A stretch of 50,515 bases of DNA from Thermodesulfobacteriota bacterium (GTDB taxonomy: Bacteria; Desulfobacterota; Desulfobulbia; Desulfobulbales; SURF-16). The stretch lies in NCBI GenBank assembly GCA_039715015.1, contig JBDLIE010000019.1, positions 1-50,515 of the forward strand, in the 5' to 3' direction. Position 1 is the first letter of the stretch, and the number at the start of each line of letters is the position of its first letter. Shown piece after piece: positions 38,224-46,803 of this stretch. A program made the translations under genes and the position numbers. The notes beneath the pieces were generated by a model. That model saw nothing but the letters and a program-made list of their open reading frames with translations. It ran no database searches and had not been told where the DNA came from.

Positions 38224-39549
38224 TTACTCATAGACATCACATTCAGGACCATCACACTCGACATTGGCAACAAGATAACTGCTCTCGAAACCGGCGTTGC
38301 GCAGCTCGGTGCTGGCCATCTCAGCCCTGGCCCCAGTGGTACAATGGACCACAATTTCTTTACCCTTAGGAAGAGAACCAATCTTGCCTTGGAGATCATC
38401 CAGGGGAATGTGACGGGCATTAGCAAATTTGCCTTCTGCAGCCTCATCCACAGTACGAACATCAAGAATGAGTTTATCTTTCGATCCTTTGGAAACTTTC
38501 ATAAAATCAGCGATACTGATCTCATTCTTGCCAAGCTTACGTTTCCAGTTAATCTCATCTGGGGTAGCACCGGTCTCAATGGGCTTACCGGCCTTTTTCC
38601 AGGCCGTAAAACTAACACCGGAAATGGAGCCTTTTTTCTTGCCCCAGCCTTTAACGATTTTATAGGCCTTTTGAGGGGCATTTCCGTTGCCATAGACGAC
38701 AATGGGCGCAACCTTGCTGGATGGGAAATCATCCTCGGCATACTCAAGATCTGCCAGAGGAATATTATAGGCCCGTGGAATATGGCCTGATTCGTATTCT
38801 TTCTTTGAGCGCAGATCAACAAGAACGATATTGCCCTTGGTGACAAAATTCTCACTTGCTGTCACATAGTTACCCGCCTTTTTCCAGCCGGGGACACCTG
38901 CAAGCATAACTTTAACATTGGTATATCCTAATTTGACCGCCTGACCGGCGTTCTTTGTTGACATACCTCAGGTGGGGCCTCCGCAGTAAAAGACGAGCTG
39001 GATATCCTTATTTTTAGGAAGAAGAGAAGCGCCCTTCTTCTTCATGGCAGGAACAGGAATGCTGATGGAGCCAGGAATGGTTCCTTCATGGAAACGCTTG
39101 CCGGGACGGGCATCAACAAGAACGTATTTCTTGCCTGATGCCATCAAAGCAGCAAGCTCACCGGGCTTCATCTCAGAGGTGCCCTTAGGCAGCTTAGCCA
39201 GTTTCGGCTTGATAACCGTAGCGACACGGTCCTTTCCTTTGCCTTTGAATTCAATAATCGCGGCATGGCCCTTGACAGCGTGCTTTACGCCTTTGGTGCT
39301 GTCATCGAACTTGACCATCATGGTCTTGGCCTTCTTTCCCTTTCCTACAGAAATAGAAATGGTTTTGGCCTTATTGGACTTGCCGAGAATTTTTCCCTTG
39401 AGAACGTTCTGCTTCTTCTTGGCTTCGGCCTTTGCAGCGGGAGCCGCTTGGTTTCCGGCCTGGACCGGCTCGTGATTAACGCAACCGGCGACCAATATTG
39501 CTGCACCACAGGCTAGTGGTAGCAGGCGTTTAAGAATTTTCTGATTCAT
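38224..39549 (-). CDS. Selenocysteine-containing triple-rhodanese lipoprotein (441 aa; Sec194 from in-frame TGA at 38968-38970)
   Basis: The two track ORFs are in one frame separated by TGA GGT. Read-through restores a full rhodanese domain (VDARP..GTIPGSISIP..LVFYCGGPT-U-GMS..AVKLGYTNVKVMLAGVPGWKKAG). U aligns with the second Cys of FYCKGIRC in 43591..44316. A SECIS-like hairpin follows. Lipobox VAGC at Cys23. Confidence 0.9.
38920..38967 (-). promoter_or_regulatory. Bacterial SECIS-like element
   Basis: Directly after UGA: lower stem GGUAUGUC/GAUAUACC (8 bp, one G-U); upper stem CGCC/GGCG closing a GGUCA loop that starts with G and begins 21 nt after the UGA. Confidence 0.8.
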
Positions 39550-39622
39550 GGCAACTCCTTAAAAAAAGTGAAGAGATTAACAGCTTATGATAGCGCCTCT
39601 TTTGCTTAACAACTTTTAATGG

Positions 39623-39638
39623 AGCAATCTATATGCCA
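39623..39638 (-). promoter_or_regulatory. Sigma54 (-24/-12) promoter of the rhodanese selenoprotein gene
   Basis: Minus strand TGGCATATAGATTGCT matches TGGCAY-N5-TTGCW with GG-N10-GC spacing; 73 nt upstream of the ATG, which has RBS AAGGAG. Confidence 0.85.
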
Positions 39639-39661
39639 CCAGACGCCTTTTTCTCTTGTCT

Positions 39662-39674
39662 TATCAATTACTTG
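39662..39674 (+). promoter_or_regulatory. IHF binding site
   Basis: TATCAATTACTTG is an exact match to WATCAANNNNTTR and lies between the sigma54 promoter and the putative enhancers. Confidence 0.65.
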
Positions 39675-39751
39675 CTAAAAACTGCGAACTTTCAGGAAAT
39701 TATGCACATAAATCTTGAGGGCATCTCTCGCAAACCAGCCCGCCAATCCCC

Positions 39752-39849
39752 TGCAAAGTTATTTGACATCAATAACAGCTTCGAAGTAACATGCTGCACA
39801 CACAACATTTTTACCGACAAGGGCATTTGTCCATGCAAATTTTTTTGCA
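39752..39849. promoter_or_regulatory. Candidate upstream activator (enhancer) sites
   Basis: Dyads TGCAAAgttaTTTGaCA (39752-39768), GACAAgggcatTTGTC (39816-39831) and TGCAAAttttTTTGCA (39834-39849). Confidence 0.45.
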
Positions 39850-39864
39850 CCTTTTTTCACATCT

Positions 39865-42168
39865 ATGAACCTACGATATCTCATCTTTCTGACCATCACT
39901 GCCCTTGGCCTGCTTCCCTTGGCAGTGCTTCTCATTACGAGTTTTCCCCAAGCCATGGTGCAGTTGGATGACGCGGCCCGTCAGAAAACGGTTGCCCTGA
40001 CCCAGAACCGCTATACAAAGCTTAATGCCAAGGTTAAATGCCTCAAAAAGTCTATTAACAGGTTGGCAGCAGTACCAGTCAGTGAGGACATCATTGTTCA
40101 TGCCGATGAAGATCATCAAAATCGTATGGAACTCCTCATCGGCGACTGGTTTGCGGAAGATCTCCAGATTGATGACGTTCATTTTATTGATATTGTCGGC
40201 AATGAAACTTTCCGGATGACAAGGGGCCCGCAAGAGCTTGTAAAAATTGGCGCCAAGAATCTCCGAACCCGTGAACAGGATGCCTCCTTTCTCCATGGCC
40301 TTCAACTCTCTCCACAGGAGGTATTTGTCGGCATTGCCAACCAGACTGAGGGCAGCCTGGGAACTGAAGAACAATATGTTCTTTATATGGTAACACCCGT
40401 GGGAAGAGGTATTGATGAAATCATGGGCCTGGCTGTTATCCAGGTTGATCTCAAAACTTTTTTGCAGGATTTCAGTGACTCTCTGTGGCTTCTGACCAAC
40501 CGCCAGGTACTTTACGCACCGGCCAACATCCCGCCCTACACCCCGCCAACGGCTATTGCTGAAGATTTCAGTCAACCAGTTGATATCTCCATCTCTGACT
40601 CTACCTCCGGCAATCAAGTGGCGTGGCTCCCCCTCTCTTTTAACCCGGACCACCTCCCCCTGCTGTGGATTGCCAGCCCTATAGATCAATCAGCCACCCT
40701 GGCCTGGAAAACTGCCATCACCCGGAATATCTTTCTTATTGTCACCATCACCGGCCTGATGGTCTTCGGCATTGCTCATTTCATTGCCGGCCGCCTGGCT
40801 ACTATTAAAAACGAGATTGTTAATGGTCTCGACCGCATTTTGAATCATGATGAGCTCGTCCAGTTTTCCTGGAAAGGCCCGCAGGAATTAAAAAATATGG
40901 CTCAAGATCTCACCAGTATGGCCGACCATTATCACGAAATTCAAACGGCCCGTAGCCAGGCCGAAACCGCTCTGCGGGAAAGCGAGGAAAATTTCAGGAA
41001 CCTTACCACCTCAGCCCACGATGCCATCATTATGATGGATCATCATGGCGACATCTCTTTCTGGAACAAGGCAGCAGAGACCTTTTTCGGCTACCAAAGC
41101 GCTGAGGCCGTGGGCCAGCCTATCCACAGCCTCATCAGCCCACGGCGCCCGGAAACAGGGGAAGGTGTTTCTCCTTTAGGCGTGGCCAATGAGGGCTCCC
41201 CTGTCCATGAGATTATTGCCCTTACCGCCACCAAAAAAGACGGCACAGAGATCCAGATGGAACTCTCCCTCTCAGCAGCTTATATCAGCGACCGCTGGCA
41301 TGCTCTGTGGATTGTTCGTGATATCACCGAACGTATCCGTTCAGAGGCTAAAAACAGGGAGCAGCAGAAGCAACTCATCCAGGCCGACAAGATGATCTCC
41401 CTTGGCCTCCTCGTATCAGGTGTGGCCCATGAGATCAATAACCCTAACTCCATTGTCCTGCTCAACACCCCGCTCCTGGCCCGTTCCTGGAATTCTATCC
41501 TGCCCATACTTGACGAGTTCCATGAAGAAAATGGCGAATTTCTTGTGGCCGGTCTTGATTACTCTGATATGCGCGCCCAGATCCCAAAGATATGTGATGA
41601 GATTGACGACAGCAGCCAACGCATCAAACAGATTGTTATGGACCTCAAGGACTATGCCCGCCAGGATAGTACCCCCCATTTTGACCAGATCGACCTCAAC
41701 TCCGTTGTAGAGGCTGCCAGCCGCCTTACCTTAAATAAAATTAAAAATGCCACTAATCATTTCAGCACCAAACTTGAAAAAATACCCGCCGTTTTCGGCA
41801 ACCGCCAACGCCTGGAGCAGGTAGTCATTAACCTCATCCAAAACAGCTGCGAGGCCCTGAGCGGTCCTTCAAAGGGCATCACCATCACCTCCTTTTTTGA
41901 CAAAAAGGAAAACCTGGTCAAACTCTCTGTCATTGACGAAGGGAGCGGCATCGACCCCCAGTCCATCACCAAAGTAACTGATCCTTTTTACACCTCAAAA
42001 AGGACCATGGGCGGCACAGGCCTTGGGCTTTCCGTGTCAGCGGGTATTATCAAGGAGCATGACGCAACTATTAAGTTTCAAAGTAATTTCGGCCAAGGTA
42101 CCACGGTAATTCTTGCCTTTAAACCAGCCGACAATTCAGCCCCGATTAAGGGTAGACACCATGACTAA
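39865..42168 (+). CDS. Sensor histidine kinase with extracytoplasmic (Cache-like) domain and PAS domain
   Basis: Two TM helices flank a large periplasmic region; PAS (HDAIIMMD..WNKAAE..RDITE); H-box AHEINNP; N-box NLIQNS; GTGLGL. Confidence 0.9.
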   Translation: MNLRYLIFLTITALGLLPLAVLLITSFPQAMVQLDDAARQKTVALTQNRYTKLNAKVKCLKKSINRLAAVPVSEDIIVHADEDHQNRMELLIGDWFAEDLQIDDVHFIDIVGNETFRMTRGPQELVKIGAKNLRTREQDASFLHGLQLSPQEVFVGIANQTEGSLGTEEQYVLYMVTPVGRGIDEIMGLAVIQVDLKTFLQDFSDSLWLLTNRQVLYAPANIPPYTPPTAIAEDFSQPVDISISDSTSGNQVAWLPLSFNPDHLPLLWIASPIDQSATLAWKTAITRNIFLIVTITGLMVFGIAHFIAGRLATIKNEIVNGLDRILNHDELVQFSWKGPQELKNMAQDLTSMADHYHEIQTARSQAETALRESEENFRNLTTSAHDAIIMMDHHGDISFWNKAAETFFGYQSAEAVGQPIHSLISPRRPETGEGVSPLGVANEGSPVHEIIALTATKKDGTEIQMELSLSAAYISDRWHALWIVRDITERIRSEAKNREQQKQLIQADKMISLGLLVSGVAHEINNPNSIVLLNTPLLARSWNSILPILDEFHEENGEFLVAGLDYSDMRAQIPKICDEIDDSSQRIKQIVMDLKDYARQDSTPHFDQIDLNSVVEAASRLTLNKIKNATNHFSTKLEKIPAVFGNRQRLEQVVINLIQNSCEALSGPSKGITITSFFDKKENLVKLSVIDEGSGIDPQSITKVTDPFYTSKRTMGGTGLGLSVSAGIIKEHDATIKFQSNFGQGTTVILAFKPADNSAPIKGRHHD

Positions 42169-43594
42169 AAACCAATACCCTCTCCTTCCCGTTCTTCTTG
42201 TTGATGACGAGGAGGCATGGCTGCACAGCTTCAGCCTTACCCTACGTTCTGCAGGAATCAATAACATTATTACCTGTCAGGACAGTCGGGAGGTAATGGA
42301 TATCCTCGCCAAACAAACCATTTCGGTGATGGTGCTTGATCTCACCATGCCGTATATCAATGGCGCTGAAATTCTTATCAAGGCAGTTGAGGAATTCCCC
42401 CATATCCCGGTGATTATCATCAGCGGCCTTGATCAGGTTGAAACAGCAGTAAACTGCATCAAGCAAGGCGCCTTTGATTATTTCACTAAAGTTTCAGAAG
42501 AGAACAGACTTGTCTCCGGAGTGGACAGGGCCATTGAGGTGGGCAAATTACGCCGGGAAAATTTATCGTTAAAAGAACATTTCCTTGAAGACCGCCTTGA
42601 TTATCCCGACGCCTTTGCACACATCATTACCCACAACAAGAAAATGCGGGCTCTGTTTCAGTATATGGAGGCCATTGCCACCAGCTGCGAACCTGTTCTC
42701 ATCACCGGCGAAACCGGGGTGGGCAAGGAGCTTTTTGCCAAGGCCCTCCACAAGCTCTGCCACGGCGACGCCCCTTTTGTGGTGGCTAATGCCGCAGGTC
42801 TTGATGACACCATGTTCGCCGACACCCTTTTTGGCCACCGTAAAGGAGCCTTCACCGGTGCAGATAGCGCCCGGGACGGTCTGATCAAAAAGGCATCCGG
42901 GGGAACCCTCTTTCTTGACGAGATCGGCGATCTCTCCCAATCATCTCAGGTCAAATTGCTCCGCCTGATTCAGGAAAGAGAATATTTCCAGCTAGGCAGC
43001 GATCTCGCCAGAAAGACCGATGCCCGGATGATCTTTGCCACCCACCGCGACCTTGACACCCTCCAAAAAGAGGGGGATTTTCGGACAGATCTCTTTTTTC
43101 GTCTCCGAGCCCATCATATCCACATCCCTCCTTTGCGTGAACGCCTTGACGATATCGCCCTGCTCTTTGACTTTTTCCTCACTAAGGGAGCTAAGAAACT
43201 ATCGAAGAAAAAGCCGGCCTATCCTAAGGAACTCACCCTGCTCCTCGCCACCTATAATTATCCGGGCAATATTAGGGAACTTGACCATATTATTTTCGAT
43301 GCCTTGAGTCACCATAAGGAAAAGATGCTTTCCATGGAGAGCTTTAAAAAGTATTTTCAGAGTCAAACTACTCCGACTGAAAACAGCATCAACAATACGT
43401 TACTTAGCAGTGAAGATAGCACCCCCTTTCGTGTCCTTGGGCAACTGCCCACCCTTAAAGAATCAAGCAACCTGCTAATCCAGGAAGCCTTGCATCGTTC
43501 CGGCGGCAATCAGGCTATTGCCGCTGATATGCTGGGTGTTACCAGGCAGGCCCTCAACTGGCGCCTTAAAAAGTCGGAAAAGGAGACCCCATGA
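42161..43594 (+). CDS. Sigma54-dependent (NtrC-family) response regulator (start reassigned to MTKNQ)
   Basis: REC LLVDDE and LDLTMP; GETGVGKE; intact GAFTGA; PGNIREL; Fis-type HTH GNQAIAADMLGVTRQAL; ATG overlaps the kinase end. Confidence 0.93.
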   Translation: MTKNQYPLLPVLLVDDEEAWLHSFSLTLRSAGINNIITCQDSREVMDILAKQTISVMVLDLTMPYINGAEILIKAVEEFPHIPVIIISGLDQVETAVNCIKQGAFDYFTKVSEENRLVSGVDRAIEVGKLRRENLSLKEHFLEDRLDYPDAFAHIITHNKKMRALFQYMEAIATSCEPVLITGETGVGKELFAKALHKLCHGDAPFVVANAAGLDDTMFADTLFGHRKGAFTGADSARDGLIKKASGGTLFLDEIGDLSQSSQVKLLRLIQEREYFQLGSDLARKTDARMIFATHRDLDTLQKEGDFRTDLFFRLRAHHIHIPPLRERLDDIALLFDFFLTKGAKKLSKKKPAYPKELTLLLATYNYPGNIRELDHIIFDALSHHKEKMLSMESFKKYFQSQTTPTENSINNTLLSSEDSTPFRVLGQLPTLKESSNLLIQEALHRSGGNQAIAADMLGVTRQALNWRLKKSEKETP

Positions 43595-44316
43595 AGTCCA
43601 GATTGTCCTTATGCTTCACCGTGACAGCCGTCCTCCTCTGTGTTTTGGTTTCTTTTGCCCAGGCGGAACGCTTTGAAACCATCAGCACAGACGAGTTGCT
43701 TGCCTTAAGAAAAAGCAATGCCCCTTTCCTGCTTATCAACGCCCTCAGCCCCATCGAATACAATCAAGAGGCAATAAGTGGCTCCGTGAATATCCCGGCA
43801 AGCCATATGCGGACCGACCACCCACTCCTTCCCCAGGACAAATCCACCTTGCTGGTCTTCTACTGTAAGGGCATACGCTGCACCAAGAGCCGCCGGGCAG
43901 CCCGTAAAGCCATGGAGTTCGGTTATCAGCATGTAAAAATCTACACAGATGGACTACCGGGCTGGAAACGCCGTAACCTGCAGATAACTCATTCCACATC
44001 CTATCCAGACATCATCCCTCAAGTCCTTGAGCCTCTCACTGTCTATCAAAAAATGGAGTCTGCTATCCTCCTCGATATCCGTGGTGAGGAAGTCAGCCAG
44101 GTGGGAGAAATTAATAAAGCGCTGAAAATCCCCCTCGATGATCTTGATCGCTACTATCAGAAATTGCCCCGGGACAAGAGCATTATCATTATTGATCATG
44201 CTGAAAAGCAGTCCCCTATTTGCTCCCGTTTTCTATATAAAATGGGCTACCGTGATCTTGCCATTTTAAAAGGTGGCATGATTAACTGGGTTCGAGCCGG
44301 TCTACCCATAGAGTAA
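43591..44316 (+). CDS. Secreted tandem rhodanese-domain protein (CxxxxC loop)
   Basis: Signal peptide ending AQA; domain 1 ISGSVNIP..LVFYCKGIRCTKS..GLPGW; domain 2 has Asp at the catalytic position (IIIIDHAEKQS); ATGA overlap with the regulator. Confidence 0.88.
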   Translation: MKSRLSLCFTVTAVLLCVLVSFAQAERFETISTDELLALRKSNAPFLLINALSPIEYNQEAISGSVNIPASHMRTDHPLLPQDKSTLLVFYCKGIRCTKSRRAARKAMEFGYQHVKIYTDGLPGWKRRNLQITHSTSYPDIIPQVLEPLTVYQKMESAILLDIRGEEVSQVGEINKALKIPLDDLDRYYQKLPRDKSIIIIDHAEKQSPICSRFLYKMGYRDLAILKGGMINWVRAGLPIE

Positions 44317-45777
44317 ATGCCCCCACACGTGACAAATACCGACATAAAAAATGAACCTAGCCTGCCTGACCACCTGGCTGCCATGTTCATGGATGCCGCC
44401 GCACAGGGTCCCCCCCCTCCCCTGGATCTTATTTCCCTGCTTACCAAAATGGCCCTTGGCGCAGACCTTGATCTTGCCAAGGAGGCAACCCAAAGCCTCT
44501 ACAATAAAATTATCCTGCCCCTCTGTGATGATTTCACCAGCTCCAGCGTCGAGGTGGCTAATAAAGTTCTTATCAACATGATTTTGGCTTTTTGTCGCAC
44601 CTCCTATGGTAAGGAGACGCAACAGATCCTTCACGACTTACAGCTCACAGACCAACAAAGCTTCCTGTCCCGTTATCGGGACCTTGCCGAGCCTCGCACC
44701 TTGAGTGTAGAAGAGAGAAAAAAGGTGAAAAAGATTTTTATTCTCTCCAGAATTACTTTAGGAGCGGATATTGCCATCACCTCGCTTATTATTTCCCACT
44801 GCAAGGAGGCCTTACCTGAGGCGGATATCTATCTTATTGGCCCAGACCACCTTCGCCATCTTTTTTATGATGAGCAATTGCACCATCTTCATTTTTCTTA
44901 TGATCGTGATGGGACACTCCTGGAGAAAATGACGGCCTGGCCTCGGCTCTTTAAGATTATTGCCAAAGAGAGCAAGCACCTTGCCGGCCATGAGATTCTC
45001 ATTTTTGATCCTGACACCAGGCTAAGCCAGCTAGGACTGCTGCCCCTCACCTCTACTTCATCTACGTATTATCTCTGTAGCCGCCAAGACCAGGAAAAGA
45101 ACGCAAGCCTGCCGGAGATCACCTGTGCCTGGCTCCAAAAGATCTTCCCGGGCAACAACTCATCATTCCCCCAATGTCTCATTAACCCTGATCTTCTGGC
45201 CCAATGCCGATCCCTGTTAAGCAAGTGCGGTTCAAAGACCTTGCGGATATTCATTAATCTTGGCGTGGGCAATGATGAAAAAAAACGTCTATCTGATCCT
45301 TTTGAAGAAGAACTTCTTGCAAGCCTTCTCCAAACCAGAGACACTCTGATCATTCTTGACTCCGGCAAAGGGGCGCTTGAAGAAAAAATGGCCAAGAGAT
45401 TAATGGCAAAAATGGCCAAAAAGGGCTATAACACGGCCCAGTTTAGCGAAGAACAGCTCGCCAGGACCGAGATCTCCTTTCTTCATGGTATGGTGCGCTT
45501 TACAGGCAAGATTGACTCGGTGGCAGGCCTTGTCAGCAACTGCGATCTTTTTATCGGTTATGACTCATGTGGCCAGCACCTGGCAACTTCCACCGAGACG
45601 CCATCGATTATCTGTTTTATTGGCGCACCCAACAAAAGATTTTTAGGGCGCTGGCAACCAAGTAACCATCATGGTAAAACCACAACCTTAATTGTCGACC
45701 AGAACCCCTTGAGTGGCCAGAAACGTTCTGAACTCATCGACAAAATTGTAATTACGGCAGCCCGTTATCGATCCTGA
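44317..45777 (+). CDS. GT9-like (heptosyltransferase-type) glycosyltransferase with N-terminal extension
   Basis: KIFILSRITLGADIAITS...PEADIYLIG and CDLFIGYDSCGQHLA..TPSI resemble GT9 motifs; adjacent to the heptose kinase gene. Confidence 0.65.
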   Translation: MPPHVTNTDIKNEPSLPDHLAAMFMDAAAQGPPPPLDLISLLTKMALGADLDLAKEATQSLYNKIILPLCDDFTSSSVEVANKVLINMILAFCRTSYGKETQQILHDLQLTDQQSFLSRYRDLAEPRTLSVEERKKVKKIFILSRITLGADIAITSLIISHCKEALPEADIYLIGPDHLRHLFYDEQLHHLHFSYDRDGTLLEKMTAWPRLFKIIAKESKHLAGHEILIFDPDTRLSQLGLLPLTSTSSTYYLCSRQDQEKNASLPEITCAWLQKIFPGNNSSFPQCLINPDLLAQCRSLLSKCGSKTLRIFINLGVGNDEKKRLSDPFEEELLASLLQTRDTLIILDSGKGALEEKMAKRLMAKMAKKGYNTAQFSEEQLARTEISFLHGMVRFTGKIDSVAGLVSNCDLFIGYDSCGQHLATSTETPSIICFIGAPNKRFLGRWQPSNHHGKTTTLIVDQNPLSGQKRSELIDKIVITAARYRS

Positions 45778-45810
45778 CAACGTATCCTGCTTAAAAAATT
45801 CTGAAAAACC

Positions 45811-46803
45811 ATGCAACATCTCGTATCCATCGATCACCACATTTTAAAAGAGGCCCTTCACCGCTTCAAAGAGGCCAACATTCTTGTCATTGGCGATATT
45901 ATTGTTGACCATTTTATCTATGGTTCAGTGAGTCGAATTTCACCTGAGGCACCTGTTCCTGTGGTAAATGTCCGAAATGAGGATCTTCTTCTCGGCGGTT
46001 CTGCAAACGTCCTGCACAACCTGCATGCCCTGGGTGGCAAAGGGGCAATCTGCGGGGTGATTGGCCGTGATGTTATGGGAGATCAGCTCCTCAGTCTGCT
46101 CGACAAAATTGACTCCCCCACCTCCGGTGTCATTCATTGCGAGGATCGTCCCACCACCAAAAAGACCAGGGTCATTGCCCAGAACCAGCAGGTTGTCCGC
46201 TTTGACAGGGAAATAACCGGTGATTTGGCGGATGAGGTGATTGCCAGGATTTGCTCTTTTCTCGATGAAAATATCAGCTCTTTCCAAGCTGTTGTGGTTT
46301 CCGACTACGACAAGGGTGTTATCTGCCAAGCCATTATCGACCACCTCCGCACACTGCGCCAGAGCCATCCCATCCCCATGGTGGTTGACCCTAAACCAGG
46401 ACACCCTGATTTTTTTAAAGGGGCTACCCTGATCACCCCCAATAACCTTGAGGCGGAATTGATGTCAGGTATCAAAATTACTGATGGCGACTCCTTGCTC
46501 ACCGCAGCAAAAAAACTCAAAGAGGAACTGGAAAGTGAAGCGGTCCTTATCACCCGTGGAGAAGCAGGTATGGCCTTACTCTCCGGCGACAAGCCTCTTT
46601 TCACCATCCCCACGGTTGCCAAAGAGGTCTATGATGTCACCGGTGCCGGCGACACAGTCATTGCCACACTGGCCCTTGGCCTGGCAGTGGGTCTCAGCCA
46701 CGCCGAGGCAGCTGCCATCGCCAATTATGCAGCGGGTATTGTCGTGGGCAAGGTAGGAACAGCAACGGCAAGCCCAGAAGAACTTCAGGAGGTAATGGCA
46801 TGA
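45811..46803 (+). CDS. rfaE1: D-glycero-beta-D-manno-heptose-7-phosphate kinase (RfaE domain I)
   Basis: RISPEAPVPVV, SDYDKG, DPK, TPNNLE, VYDVTGAGDT. Confidence 0.93.
   Translation: MQHLVSIDHHILKEALHRFKEANILVIGDIIVDHFIYGSVSRISPEAPVPVVNVRNEDLLLGGSANVLHNLHALGGKGAICGVIGRDVMGDQLLSLLDKIDSPTSGVIHCEDRPTTKKTRVIAQNQQVVRFDREITGDLADEVIARICSFLDENISSFQAVVVSDYDKGVICQAIIDHLRTLRQSHPIPMVVDPKPGHPDFFKGATLITPNNLEAELMSGIKITDGDSLLTAAKKLKEELESEAVLITRGEAGMALLSGDKPLFTIPTVAKEVYDVTGAGDTVIATLALGLAVGLSHAEAAAIANYAAGIVVGKVGTATASPEELQEVMA

Noticed and set aside
38968..38970. Reading the in-frame TGA as a nonsense mutation (pseudogene) or a true gene boundary
   Set aside because: It sits at a Cys-equivalent position, is followed by a SECIS-like hairpin, splits a domain mid-fold, and both halves and the promoter are intact. 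A sequencing error cannot be fully excluded without reads.
39871..40689. 272-aa antisense ORF within the histidine kinase, and similar long antisense ORFs within dnaE and the symporters
   Set aside because: They lie fully opposite well-supported genes and have no recognisable domains.
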